From Chryseobacterium gleum (GTDB taxonomy: Bacteria; Bacteroidota; Bacteroidia; Flavobacteriales_D; Crocinitomicaceae), in the NCBI GenBank assembly GCA_945860065.1, contig CAMAPI010000004.1, positions 2,591 through 66,590 of the forward strand: a stretch of 64,000 bases of DNA, read 5' to 3'. Below the pieces are notes generated by a model. The model did not search any database. It saw nothing but the letters and a program-made list of their open reading frames with translations, and was not told the origin of the DNA. The position numbers and the translations under genes were made by a program. Below are positions 28,553 through 38,644 of this stretch, piece after piece (within the stretch, counting starts at the first letter, position 1; each line of letters opens with the position of its first letter).

Positions 28553-29014
28553 ATGAAACACATCATTCTTTTCTTTAGTCTATTTTTCTCCATGAGTTTT
28601 TTCGCGCAACGCTATACAACTTCTGTAGGATTGCGGTTTGCAAACGTTGGTTTTACCCAATTGAATGGCAAGCACTTTCTGAATGACCTTAATGCTGTGG
28701 AGTTGAGTTTAGGTGGGAATTCAAATTATGTTTGGGTTCAAGGAAATTACGAATGGCAGCAAAAATTAACGGAGGAAGTGGATTATTACTTTGGTGTTGG
28801 TCCTGGATTAGGCATTGTTTCTGGAAATCCGATATTAGGAAATTCCTCCAATGATCATTTCATGTTGGGTGCGAATGGAGTCGTTGGTGCAGAATATACC
28901 CTGCCTGATTTTCCATTTACCTTCGCATTTGAAACTGGTCCATATGTACAAGTAATCCCAGGCTTACGATTGAGTTGGAACTTTGGACTTGCCGCGCGTT
29001 ATGTCCTCCCTTAA
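28553..29014 (+). CDS. Small outer-membrane beta-barrel-like protein (hypothetical)
   Basis: 153 aa from the ATG at 28553. Has a signal peptide (MKHIILFFSLFFSMSFFAQ) and alternating Gly/aromatic strands. The 28403 upstream extension overlaps the previous gene and is rejected. Confidence 0.5.
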   Translation: MKHIILFFSLFFSMSFFAQRYTTSVGLRFANVGFTQLNGKHFLNDLNAVELSLGGNSNYVWVQGNYEWQQKLTEEVDYYFGVGPGLGIVSGNPILGNSSNDHFMLGANGVVGAEYTLPDFPFTFAFETGPYVQVIPGLRLSWNFGLAARYVLP

Positions 29015-30281
29015 AAATACGCTATCTCCCGGATCCAAAAATTGGATTCCTAAATTTTTTCAATTACTTGAAAAAGGAGTTATTTCCTTAGACTTAGAGC
29101 TAATTCAAAACACTGAGTCGGACTTAACTCATTTTGTATCGCACCGCACTGGACTTGTATACGGAAACGCTTTACACCTGTTGTTTTCCAATCAATTAAA
29201 TTCGTCCAAGTTTACGAACGACGAAAAATTAAAATTACTTCTTTTCGAAACCCTGTTGTTTACGTATTTGCGAAAAAATCAAGGAGTATTTGATAAAGAT
29301 GCATTCTTAGAAAGCCTTATCGCTTTTTACGGAGACACAAAAGAAGGTGGTGTATTTGCCTGGTTTGATCGTGTTTTTACCGGAAAAGTCGATTTAAGCA
29401 TCGAGGAGATTTTAACCCAACGTATTCAAGTTAAGAGTACATTTTTTGGTGCGAATTACTGGCTGAATCACTTGTCAAATGCCTTTGTTTTTCTGGATAT
29501 TGTCATGTATCGCGCATTTCTAGAAGGTCAAATACAGTCCTTTTCACGGCAGTATAGTGAGTATGCTAGTTCCTTGATGAATGGCGTCATATATGCGGCA
29601 TATACTGATAATAATGCCGAGGATACAGAACAGCGCGTGTTAGGGCATTTCTTGGCATCAACAGATTTAGTTAAATCGATAAAAACACGTTTTGAAAATC
29701 GAATTCTGACAGGCATTACGCTGAGGCAACTTGAAAAAGAATGCGTGGAAGATAAATTGCTATCAAAATTCACGTTTGAACTAGGTCTTTTTCTTATACA
29801 AGGGACACATATCCCGAATGAAGCTGAATTAAAAAAGTTAAATTTATTGGGACATGCCTTGGATTTATCCGACAAAGAAATGCAAGAATCTAGAGAAATG
29901 TGTAACGCGTACATGCTACAAAATCACACGGAAATTCTTGTTTTTCAATCAGAGACAGAAACTGGCTACGTCTTTAAAGCTTTCAGTAAACGATGGATTC
30001 GAATATTGGGAAGAAACAAAGACAAACTGATCCAAGAAATACGCGAAAGCAAAGAACTCATGGCCTTAATTCAGAAATCCACAAAGGAAGAATTAAGTAC
30101 AGTGGAAAAGGAACAAGTGCGTAAGCAATTCTTAGATTTGATAAAAACGATGCCTTCCTTAGCTTTATTTCTTTTACCCGGAGGAAGCCTACTTCTCCCT
30201 TTAATTCTTAAACTTGTCCCTGAATTGATACCTTCTGCTTTTAAGGTGAATGAAATTGAAAAAAATAAAGAAAAACAATGA
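28983..30281 (+). CDS. LETM1-like protein (resembles the family annotated as LETM1-related biofilm-associated protein)
   Basis: 432 aa. The C-terminal block KEQVRKQFLDLIKTMPSLALFLLPGGSLLLPLILKLVPELIPSAFK resembles the LETM1 ribosome-binding/TM region. An alternative start exists at 29001. The call is made from memory of the motif. Confidence 0.45.
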   Translation: MDLPRVMSSLKNTLSPGSKNWIPKFFQLLEKGVISLDLELIQNTESDLTHFVSHRTGLVYGNALHLLFSNQLNSSKFTNDEKLKLLLFETLLFTYLRKNQGVFDKDAFLESLIAFYGDTKEGGVFAWFDRVFTGKVDLSIEEILTQRIQVKSTFFGANYWLNHLSNAFVFLDIVMYRAFLEGQIQSFSRQYSEYASSLMNGVIYAAYTDNNAEDTEQRVLGHFLASTDLVKSIKTRFENRILTGITLRQLEKECVEDKLLSKFTFELGLFLIQGTHIPNEAELKKLNLLGHALDLSDKEMQESREMCNAYMLQNHTEILVFQSETETGYVFKAFSKRWIRILGRNKDKLIQEIRESKELMALIQKSTKEELSTVEKEQVRKQFLDLIKTMPSLALFLLPGGSLLLPLILKLVPELIPSAFKVNEIEKNKEKQ

Positions 30282-30709
30282 AGTGTAAAATCCACATTTA
30301 CCTATTAAATGATTTATATTCTCAAGCTTTTGCTGATGAAAAACATGAGGGAAATCCTTCTATTGATAACATCAAATTCGAATGGGAAGATGAGTTAGCC
30401 ATCTCAAGCGATGTGAATTCAATTTCGGAATTAAGCGACGTTTCATATCCCCTAGCTGGAATGGATGAAAACGATGAATCTTTTCAATTTGACATCCCAA
30501 ACATGCGTCTTTTTGAAATCAATTCTTCCGACGCACCAATTGTATATGTGGGGGCGTCAGAAAGTATCGTTTCATCTGCTAAACATGAAAAAACGGAGGA
30601 CGGATATACGATTGAAATCGTTCTAAAGGATTACGAACCAATGTCCAACCCTATTCCCGGTATTTTTATCGCTGCTAAATCCTTTCCAAAAGAATTGATT
30701 CGAAAATGA
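30278..30709 (+). CDS. Hypothetical acidic protein
   Basis: 143-aa ORF with 4-nt ATGA overlaps to both neighbours, which suggests translational coupling. No known motif. Confidence 0.5.
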   Translation: MKCKIHIYLLNDLYSQAFADEKHEGNPSIDNIKFEWEDELAISSDVNSISELSDVSYPLAGMDENDESFQFDIPNMRLFEINSSDAPIVYVGASESIVSSAKHEKTEDGYTIEIVLKDYEPMSNPIPGIFIAAKSFPKELIRK

Positions 30710-31635
30710 TTGTATTGAAAAACATACAACTTTCGTACAACAAACCCATCATCAAACGGGCCAATTTAAACGTATCCAAAGGTGAAATTCTTGGACTCGT
30801 GGGTAAAAGTGGCGCTGGGAAGTCTTCATTATTAAAAATCATTGCTGGGATCATCGATCCGAATGAAGGTGATGTGTTCCTTGCTCAAAAAAAACAACCG
30901 CGTGTTCACCAGCTATTGATTCCTGGTTTCCAAGGTGTGGCAATGGTCAATCAAGATTTTAAACTAGATGTTTACCATACCGTCGAGGAGAATCTTCGCG
31001 AAGCTGTTTTGCATCTGCCCCATAATAAACGAGATAAACGTGTACAACAATTATTGCGTTTATTTGATTTAAAATCAATTGCAGAAACAAAAGCACATTT
31101 AATTTCCGGAGGAGAACAGCAACGATTAGCCATCGCAAGAGCCATAGCAGATAAACCGGATATTTTATTGCTTGACGAACCGTTCGGGCATCTCGACGCC
31201 AATTTACGTACTCGTTTGACACAACATTTGATCCATTTACGTGAAGAAGAAAATACGACCATCGTTTTGGTTTCTCACGAAGGGCAAGATGTACTGGGGT
31301 TATGTGATGCCATCTGCATGTTAAAAAATGGCCTGTTAAGCAAAAAATACAAGCCAAAATTCTTGTACTATCACTATTCGAATGTGCAGCAAGCGCGGCT
31401 TTTTGGCCCAGTAAATAGTGTTAAAATAGGAGAAGACAAGTTTCTTTTTCGTCCAGATGAATACCAAGAGTCTACTTCTGAAAATGCGATTCCGGTTACC
31501 TACCTTCGGAGTATTTTTGTTGGCGGACTTTACCATAATTATTTTAAAACATCCAATGGGGATAATATTGTCCTGTATCAATTTCATCGATTAAATGACA
31601 CCAGAGGAATCGAAATCGTTAAAAAAACGCAGTAA
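30706..31635 (+). CDS. ABC transporter ATP-binding protein with extra C-terminal domain (no cognate permease adjacent)
   Basis: 309 aa. Has Walker A GKSGAGKSS, signature LISGGEQQRLAIARA, Walker B ILLLDEPFGHLD and H-loop VSHE. A C-terminal extension of about 80 aa is present. Confidence 0.9.
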   Translation: MIVLKNIQLSYNKPIIKRANLNVSKGEILGLVGKSGAGKSSLLKIIAGIIDPNEGDVFLAQKKQPRVHQLLIPGFQGVAMVNQDFKLDVYHTVEENLREAVLHLPHNKRDKRVQQLLRLFDLKSIAETKAHLISGGEQQRLAIARAIADKPDILLLDEPFGHLDANLRTRLTQHLIHLREEENTTIVLVSHEGQDVLGLCDAICMLKNGLLSKKYKPKFLYYHYSNVQQARLFGPVNSVKIGEDKFLFRPDEYQESTSENAIPVTYLRSIFVGGLYHNYFKTSNGDNIVLYQFHRLNDTRGIEIVKKTQ

Positions 31636-32497
31636 ATTAAAATGGTATTGGGGATTTCTTGCTTTCAAGGAGGCATTGATTAGCTATATCAAAGACGGTG
31701 CATTTTACCATGGTGCTGCACTCGCCTACTACACCTTGTTTGCCTTTATTCCTATTATTTATTTGACCAGTTCTATTTTTGGACGCATCGTTGGCCCGCA
31801 AAACATGAAAGAAATGGTGTCGGAATTACTCCGGAATCAAATGGGCATGGATGACAGTTCTTCGATCATGAATGTCGTGAATGGAATGTCCTTGCACAAG
31901 CCTAGTTTTTTCCTAGAAATGATCAGTATTGCCGTCTTGCTTTATAGCTGCTCGGCTTTTTTTGTATCGTTAAAGCGCAGTTTAAATGAATTTTTTAATG
32001 TCACTAAGAAAAATCGGCAAGAAGAAAATTTATTCATGGATATCATCGGATTTCGCTTTATTTCCATGGGACTTTTAGCTGTTTTCGCCTTGATTATTAT
32101 CCTTTTTTATTTTGCACAGGTATTTATTTTTTCGGCGATTCAAAACTGGAATCAATACCATAGCGGAATCATTGACTTCTCTTTAAACATCTTGCAAAAC
32201 ATCCTGACCATTGGAAGTAACTTGATGATCTTTACCTTGGTATTTAAATTCATTCCTGATGCAAAAGTTCAATGGAACGTCGCATTTAAAGGAGCGATTT
32301 TTACTTCGATTTTACTCGTGCTAAGTCAGTTTATCATCAACTACTATCTACATAATTATTTTGTGCTTGGGAAAATAGGGGTCGCGAATTCCTTGTTTGT
32401 CACCTTGGCTTGGGTACATTACTCTGCACAAATTGTCTTTTTAGGTGCGAAATTTACCTATGTGGTTGGGAAAATGACAGGACAAAGCATCAAGTAG
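31595..32497 (+). CDS. YihY/BrkB (virulence factor BrkB/'RNase BN'-misnamed) family membrane protein
   Basis: 300 aa. The N-terminal block DGAFYHGAALAYYTLFAFIPIIY and about 6 TM segments are typical of YihY. The start is uncertain because the ORF overlaps the ABC gene by 41 nt. Confidence 0.75.
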   Translation: MTPEESKSLKKRSKLKWYWGFLAFKEALISYIKDGAFYHGAALAYYTLFAFIPIIYLTSSIFGRIVGPQNMKEMVSELLRNQMGMDDSSSIMNVVNGMSLHKPSFFLEMISIAVLLYSCSAFFVSLKRSLNEFFNVTKKNRQEENLFMDIIGFRFISMGLLAVFALIIILFYFAQVFIFSAIQNWNQYHSGIIDFSLNILQNILTIGSNLMIFTLVFKFIPDAKVQWNVAFKGAIFTSILLVLSQFIINYYLHNYFVLGKIGVANSLFVTLAWVHYSAQIVFLGAKFTYVVGKMTGQSIK

Positions 32498-32501
32498 TTC
32501 C

Positions 32502-35027
32502 TTATAATAAGGCAGGTGGTTTTCTGATTTCAATCTTCGCGTCTTTGAATATCGATGACGTGTTTCGGATACTAAATAGAAAACTCTTATTTCCACCAAC
32601 TGGTACATAGTAGAAGGACAAAGCCCAGCAGTGCAAGTTGCGATTTAGGGAGAAAAAAGCATTCGTCAAGCGGAATTCTTGTAAATTGAAATTCAAATTG
32701 CCCGATAAATTCCAACGCTTTGTCATGCTCACATCTCCTCCTAACACCAGTGTTTGTGCGAATATATTTTTGGATGTATTGCTACTTGAAATCGATTGAT
32801 TCGTGTTGATGGTATACACATGGGACAGGTTCATCTTCCATGGGATATCAAAGTAAACAGCACGCTCTGGGTGCAAGGCATAATAATTAAAATCAGCATT
32901 CCAATTTTGTTCATTCACCACCATCGTGTTATTTGCTACTTTTTCCCTAGATTTTTTTGGCGCAATGGTGATGGTTGTTGTGAGATTCGTCGATAAGAAA
33001 CGTCCCAAACCTTGTTGATTTGATGCAGCATAAGAACTCATGGTCTTTCCTGTGGATGCATTCCATCCGTATGGACTAAAAGAAGCACCTGAGACAAAAT
33101 TGACCCAATCAGCTGGACTAATTCTCAAGTTCAACCCAAGATTTGATAAACGCATCGAATCCTTCATGAAATCATAATTTCCATTTACGGACAATTGATC
33201 AATCAAGCGAATTTTTCGAAATCCTGTTAAAGTATCCTTGTCTGATTTAACTTTTAATTCCATCGTATTATTGATGCCAAAATTCAACAAAGATGCTTTT
33301 TGAGAATTGCCAACACCATAAACAGAACTTTCGAATGGAGAATATTTTATGCTTGACTGATTGGCGCCAACATTTGCTTGAATCAACTCATTCATTTGTG
33401 GGACATAGCGAAATCCGACGGAAGGGGTGATTAAGTGGCGTAATTTCGGTTTGTTCTTCCCGACAAATTGGTAGTAAGAATATATGACACTTGTCAGGTT
33501 CACACTAAAATTCATTTCATGCGCCATTCCAAATTGTTGTAAGGTGTCATTTTTGGATTTATTGGCAACGGGGTCATAAAATTTTTGAATCTGTTGGAAA
33601 TTGATTTTATTTCCATAGTTCATAGTTGGATTAATCTTTATCGCATTTCCAAAAAGTCCCGTAGTTGTTTGGATCGTCATCGACTGAGAAATGCCATTCA
33701 TGAATTGTTGAGAAATACCATATAAATTTCCTTGTGAAAGCAATTGATCCGAGAAGTTGGAACGGTTTTGTCCTTCGAAATTATAAGTGACCCCGATGCG
33801 TTCAATTGTTTTTTTCCAGTTCTTATCGCTTGTTTTAAATGTGTTTTTGAATGGGAAAACACGGGTGAGATTGGCATTCAAAATCGGACTAACCAACGCA
33901 ATGTTTTTAGCGATGGCATTCTGACGCATCGAAAGTTTCATTCCCATATTTAAAGGCTTGCCGGGAAAAGTACGGTTAATATTGATGTCGGAATTAAAGG
34001 AATTGGTAAAATATTCGGGGTTAATTGGATCCAAATTGTTTTTAGATGTATTATCCGAAATGAAGTTTACACTGGAGGAGAAACTCCAAAACGGATTCGA
34101 TTTTGGGGCTTTTCTATGCGACCATTGAACACTTAATTTGTTTTTTTTATCGTTGGTTGGAAATCCCAAATTGAACTGCTGGAATCCAACTGAAATGCGC
34201 CCTGAAAATCCGTAGCGTTTCGAATAGTCTAAGTCGTTCCGTAAGCCCCAAGATCCTCGACTGTACAAGTTTGCGTAAACGGCGGTTTGAAGGTTATCAT
34301 TTATCGGAATGTAATACCCTAGATTTTGGACACCAAACCCATAATTTGACAAGGGAACGAATTCTGGAAATAGCAGTCCATTTGATTTTTGTTCCTTCGT
34401 TGGTATAAACGCAAAAGGGAGTCCAAGTGGAGTTGGAATTCCATTCACCCATAAATTCATCGGTCCGGTTACAATGCGTTCATTTGGTACGATTACCCCT
34501 TTACTCAACTGAAAATGGTAATGTGGTTCATCCAAATCACAAGTGGTCAAACGTCCTTTGAGCAAATGAATTTCATCGTTCGGATGTCTTTTTGCCGTTT
34601 CCATATGAAAATAGAACTCATCCTGCTTGATGTCTAATTCTTCTAGGAATCCTTTTTGAGTTTTGGTGTTGTACTTTAGCGTGTGACAGGTAACCGTTTC
34701 GCCTCCATCTGTAAAAACGGGAAATTCCACTTTATTGCTGTCTTTATCGTACCGGTATTTAGCCCAAATTTCATTCGCGTTTAAATCCAATAGTATGTAT
34801 CCTGCGGTGATGAGTAATCCATCCATTTCCAACTTGGCGTTACCATACAAGTGGACTTGTTTTTTGTCAATATCATTCAAAATGCGCTCATCCGCAGAAT
34901 AAGTGATAATATTCTGCATACTTGAGTCGTTCACATAGAGCGTGTCCTGTGCTGTAACCACGGACAAATTGCACATTATTAACAATGTGACGGAGAAAAG
35001 TTGTTGTATATATGTTCTTAAAGTCAA
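32502..35027 (-). CDS. lptD: Putative LPS-assembly protein LptD (Bacteroidetes type)
   Basis: 841 aa with a signal peptide, an OstA-like N-terminal region and a long beta-barrel-like remainder. It is divergent from an amidase/MlaD pair, which I recall as common Flavobacteriia synteny. Confidence 0.55.
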   Translation of the reverse strand: MTLRTYIQQLFSVTLLIMCNLSVVTAQDTLYVNDSSMQNIITYSADERILNDIDKKQVHLYGNAKLEMDGLLITAGYILLDLNANEIWAKYRYDKDSNKVEFPVFTDGGETVTCHTLKYNTKTQKGFLEELDIKQDEFYFHMETAKRHPNDEIHLLKGRLTTCDLDEPHYHFQLSKGVIVPNERIVTGPMNLWVNGIPTPLGLPFAFIPTKEQKSNGLLFPEFVPLSNYGFGVQNLGYYIPINDNLQTAVYANLYSRGSWGLRNDLDYSKRYGFSGRISVGFQQFNLGFPTNDKKNKLSVQWSHRKAPKSNPFWSFSSSVNFISDNTSKNNLDPINPEYFTNSFNSDININRTFPGKPLNMGMKLSMRQNAIAKNIALVSPILNANLTRVFPFKNTFKTSDKNWKKTIERIGVTYNFEGQNRSNFSDQLLSQGNLYGISQQFMNGISQSMTIQTTTGLFGNAIKINPTMNYGNKINFQQIQKFYDPVANKSKNDTLQQFGMAHEMNFSVNLTSVIYSYYQFVGKNKPKLRHLITPSVGFRYVPQMNELIQANVGANQSSIKYSPFESSVYGVGNSQKASLLNFGINNTMELKVKSDKDTLTGFRKIRLIDQLSVNGNYDFMKDSMRLSNLGLNLRISPADWVNFVSGASFSPYGWNASTGKTMSSYAASNQQGLGRFLSTNLTTTITIAPKKSREKVANNTMVVNEQNWNADFNYYALHPERAVYFDIPWKMNLSHVYTINTNQSISSSNTSKNIFAQTLVLGGDVSMTKRWNLSGNLNFNLQEFRLTNAFFSLNRNLHCWALSFYYVPVGGNKSFLFSIRNTSSIFKDAKIEIRKPPALL

Positions 35028-35049
35028 AGTTGGCTCTTAATTTTGTCGA

Positions 35050-36222
35050 ATGCGCCTTAAACGTACAAAGCTACCAAAATTCAAGTTGTTTGAGAAAAAC
35101 GGACATAAACTCCATTTATTGGGTTTGGTTTGTTTCTTTTTCATTTCTCACTTACTATTTGGGCAACATTCTGTAAATCACGGCATAAAAACGGTGGTGA
35201 TCGATGCCGGTCACGGTGGGAAAGATCCAGGTTGTCATGGTGGATTTGCTCATGAAAAGATTGTTTGTTTAGAAATGGCCTTAAAACTCGGCGCAAAAAT
35301 CAAAGCGAAATATCCAGAAATCAATGTCATTTATACCCGAAAAACGGATGTTTTTGTAGAATTAATTGACCGAGCGAATATCGCAAATAAAGCAAACGCG
35401 GATTTATTTATTTGCATTCATGCCAATGCGGGAAGCAGCGCTGCTTATGGGACAGAAACGTATGTGCTTGGTTTGCATCGTACCGAAGCGCAGCAGAGAG
35501 TAATGGAAAGAGAAAATTCCATTATTGCTTTGGAGGACGATAAAGGCGCGAAATATAAGGACTTTGATTTATCCCCAGATGCCATTATTCAATTACAACT
35601 TCAGGGTGCGGTATATTTAAATCACTCCATTGAATTTGCTGAATATTTACAAAAGGAGTTTAAGAGAATTGGTCGGTACGATCGTGGAGTCAAACAAGCA
35701 GGGTTTTTAGTATTGTATAAAACGACCATGCCGAGTGTTCTGATTGAAACGGGATTTTTACCTAATCCAACGGAGGAGAAATTTATAGGTTCTTCGGAAG
35801 GACAAGAAAAAATGTCAAGCGCCATGTTCCGCGCTTTTGAGAATTACAAGAATCAAATGGAGGGAAAACCTGTCGCAGCAATACCAAGTGAAATCGTTGA
35901 AAAATTACCAGAGTCCAAAACGCCAGAATTGAGTGTAGAACAAGCAGATTCATCTGGACTCGTATTCCGTGTTCAAATAGAAACTTCCGATCGGAAAGTC
36001 GCGTTAAATTCTTCTCGTTTTAAAGGACTTGACGTCTTCGAATACCAAGAAAATAACATCTATAAATATTGCACTGGGACCTTCAAAAATGACTTAGTAG
36101 GAGCGAAAAACTACAAAAATGAACTGATTGAAAATGGGTTTAATCATGCATTCGTCGCTGCATTCCTCAACGGAGAACGAATTAGTATCGAAAAAGCTAT
36201 TAAATTAGCAGAAAAAAAGTAG
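35050..36222 (+). CDS. N-acetylmuramoyl-L-alanine amidase (Amidase_3) with C-terminal SPOR domain
   Basis: Motifs VVIDAGHGGKDPG, FICIHANA and LIETGFL. The C-terminal block VFRVQIETSDRKV...GFNHAFVAAF is SPOR-like. Confidence 0.88.
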   Translation: MRLKRTKLPKFKLFEKNGHKLHLLGLVCFFFISHLLFGQHSVNHGIKTVVIDAGHGGKDPGCHGGFAHEKIVCLEMALKLGAKIKAKYPEINVIYTRKTDVFVELIDRANIANKANADLFICIHANAGSSAAYGTETYVLGLHRTEAQQRVMERENSIIALEDDKGAKYKDFDLSPDAIIQLQLQGAVYLNHSIEFAEYLQKEFKRIGRYDRGVKQAGFLVLYKTTMPSVLIETGFLPNPTEEKFIGSSEGQEKMSSAMFRAFENYKNQMEGKPVAAIPSEIVEKLPESKTPELSVEQADSSGLVFRVQIETSDRKVALNSSRFKGLDVFEYQENNIYKYCTGTFKNDLVGAKNYKNELIENGFNHAFVAAFLNGERISIEKAIKLAEKK

Positions 36223-36223
36223 T

Positions 36224-37261
36224 TTGAAGTTCACAAAAGAAATCAAAGCCGCCCTTATTGCTATAGCATCAATTGCTACCTTGTATGCTGGAATCAACTT
36301 TCTCAAAGGAAATAGTTTTTTTGGTGGGGACACTGAATACACTTCCTATTTCCCTAATACTGGTTCGATTATGGTCTCTAGTAATGTCACTTTAAATGGT
36401 GTAACTGTTGGAAAAGTAACAGGTATAAAATCAATGCCAAACGGTTCCGAGAACAAAAAAGTGCAGATGACTTTTAACATTCAAGAAAAAGAAATTCGAC
36501 TACCGAAAGGATCCTTTGTAGAAATTGGTTCGTTAGATTTCATTAATAAATGTTTAATTATTCACACACCTGAAGATATTTCGAAAGGGTATTATAAAGC
36601 GAAAAGTGTGATCCCAGGAAAAGTTTCCATTGACATGGTCACTCAGGTAAAAGCATACGCAGATCCCATTTCTCAGCGCCTTCAGAAAATGATGAGTTCC
36701 ATCGATCGAATGGTGATTTCCTTGTCTTCATTTTGGGATACAACAGCAACTTCAGAGATTGAAGGAAGTTTGAGAGAAGTGAAGATTACCATTAAGCGAT
36801 TAGGGAGAGTAGCGAGCGAGATTGAAGGATTTGTCGCTGCAGAGCGCGCTCAATTCAGTAAAATCATGACGAACGTGGAATCCATTACCTTGAACATTCG
36901 CCGAAGCAACGATGAATTGACAAAAATCATCGGGAACACACGTAAAATAACAGATGACTTCGTTAGTGCAGATTTCAAATCTGTTCTATTGGATGCGCAA
37001 ACCACCGTGAAAAAATTAAACCTCGTCTTGGAAGATGTCGAAAATGGACATGGGACACTTGGGAAACTTATTCACGACGAAAAACTTTATAACGAATTAG
37101 TTGTTACCAATAAGGATCTTCAAAATCTTGTAACAGACCTTCAAGCGAATCCAAACAGGTACATTCATTTCTCTGTGTTTGGTAAAAAATCAGAAGGATT
37201 GATGCTCAGTGAACAAGAGGAAGTGAGATTCAAAAAGTGGTTAGACACGATCCCTGACTAA
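36224..37261 (+). CDS. MlaD/MCE family protein
   Basis: 345 aa with a TTG start, a single N-terminal TM segment, an MCE-like beta domain (VTLNGVTVGKVTGI) and a long helical C-terminus. Confidence 0.7.
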   Translation: MKFTKEIKAALIAIASIATLYAGINFLKGNSFFGGDTEYTSYFPNTGSIMVSSNVTLNGVTVGKVTGIKSMPNGSENKKVQMTFNIQEKEIRLPKGSFVEIGSLDFINKCLIIHTPEDISKGYYKAKSVIPGKVSIDMVTQVKAYADPISQRLQKMMSSIDRMVISLSSFWDTTATSEIEGSLREVKITIKRLGRVASEIEGFVAAERAQFSKIMTNVESITLNIRRSNDELTKIIGNTRKITDDFVSADFKSVLLDAQTTVKKLNLVLEDVENGHGTLGKLIHDEKLYNELVVTNKDLQNLVTDLQANPNRYIHFSVFGKKSEGLMLSEQEEVRFKKWLDTIPD

Positions 37262-37273
37262 AATAATACATTC

Positions 37274-38602
37274 ATGGAAATCATATTATTTGCCATTCTA
37301 TTAAGCGCTGGACTAGGATTCTTTGCGTTCAACGCGTGGAAAGTTCGCTACAACATTTTACTTGGGCAGGACATTGATCGATCAGATCGGAAAGGGGCGC
37401 GAATTAAAACAATGATTTTAGTCGCTTTTGGACAAAAGAAAATGTTCGCACGTCCCATTCCAGCATTGCTTCACTTAGCGCTTTATGTTTCTTTTGTCAT
37501 CACGCAAATTGAGTTGATTGAAATCGCTATTGACGGATTAAGCGGTCACCACCGATTTTTCTATTTCAAATTAGGTGGATTTTATACCTTCATGATTAGC
37601 TTCATTGAAATCTTATCTGTTCTTGCATTTATTGCGACATTAGCTTTCTTAGCACGACGAAACTTATTGAAACTTCCTCGTTTCACGATGAAAGAACTCA
37701 TTGGATGGCCTACAAAAGATGCTAATATCATTTTGATTGCTGAAATCGTACTCATATCCTTTATTTTCTGCATGAACGGTGCGGATGAAGTATTGTTCAG
37801 TCGCGGTGGTTCACATGTCGAATTCGCCAAAGGACATTTTGATTTCGCGATTTCTTCCTTTATTGGTCCAATGCTCTTCGAAAACTTAAGCATCGATGCG
37901 CTTCATGTTATTGAACGCGTTGGTTGGTGGGGACACATTTTAATGGTCTTCGCATTTTTGAACTACCTACCCTACTCCAAACATTTCCACATTTTGTTGG
38001 CTTTCCCGAATACGTATTACTCCAACTTGGAGCAAAAAGGGAAATTCACGAACATGGAATCCGTTACAAATGAAGTGAAGTTGATGTTGGATCCCAATGC
38101 CGACCCGTATGCCGCTCCATCAAATCCAGATGAAGCGCCGAAACGATTTGGTGCAAAAGACGTGACTGATTTGACTTGGAAAAACTTATTGGACGCGTAT
38201 ACGTGTACAGAATGTGGCCGTTGTTCATCGGCTTGTCCGGCAAATGTCACCGGTAAACTTTTGTCACCGCGTAAAATCATGATGGATACACGTGATCGAT
38301 TGGTGGAAGTCGGTGAAAACTACCGCAAACACGGAAAAGGTTACGACGATGGGAAAAGCCTCCTAGGAGATTACATCACAGAGGAAGAACTTTGGGCGTG
38401 TACAAGTTGTAATGCCTGTGTAGAAGAATGTCCGGTAAACATTGATCCATTATCTATTATTGTTGACTTACGTCGCTATTTGGTGATGGAAGAGTCGAAA
38501 GTTCCAAGTGAATTAGCAGGAATGTTAACGAACATCGAAAACAACGGTGCGCCTTGGCAATTTGCGCAAACGGAGCGATTAAATTGGGCGAACGAAGATT
38601 AA
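37274..38602 (+). CDS. Membrane-anchored (Fe-S)-binding protein: multi-TM His-rich N-domain fused to a 2x[4Fe-4S] ferredoxin domain
   Basis: 442 aa. About 5-6 TM helices carry conserved His residues (HLALYV, GHHRFFYF, WWGHILMV, YSKHFHI). Two cluster motifs are present: CTECGRCSSACP and CTSCNACVEECP. Confidence 0.75.
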   Translation: MEIILFAILLSAGLGFFAFNAWKVRYNILLGQDIDRSDRKGARIKTMILVAFGQKKMFARPIPALLHLALYVSFVITQIELIEIAIDGLSGHHRFFYFKLGGFYTFMISFIEILSVLAFIATLAFLARRNLLKLPRFTMKELIGWPTKDANIILIAEIVLISFIFCMNGADEVLFSRGGSHVEFAKGHFDFAISSFIGPMLFENLSIDALHVIERVGWWGHILMVFAFLNYLPYSKHFHILLAFPNTYYSNLEQKGKFTNMESVTNEVKLMLDPNADPYAAPSNPDEAPKRFGAKDVTDLTWKNLLDAYTCTECGRCSSACPANVTGKLLSPRKIMMDTRDRLVEVGENYRKHGKGYDDGKSLLGDYITEEELWACTSCNACVEECPVNIDPLSIIVDLRRYLVMEESKVPSELAGMLTNIENNGAPWQFAQTERLNWANED

Positions 38603-38644
38603 GATAAGTAAGAAAATCGAGCTAATTAAGCAAAAAGACTGACT

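Noticed and set aside
30959-31357. 132-aa and 96-aa minus-strand ORFs inside the ABC ATPase gene
   Set aside because: The plus-strand frame carries complete Walker A, signature and Walker B motifs. The antisense ORFs have no features.
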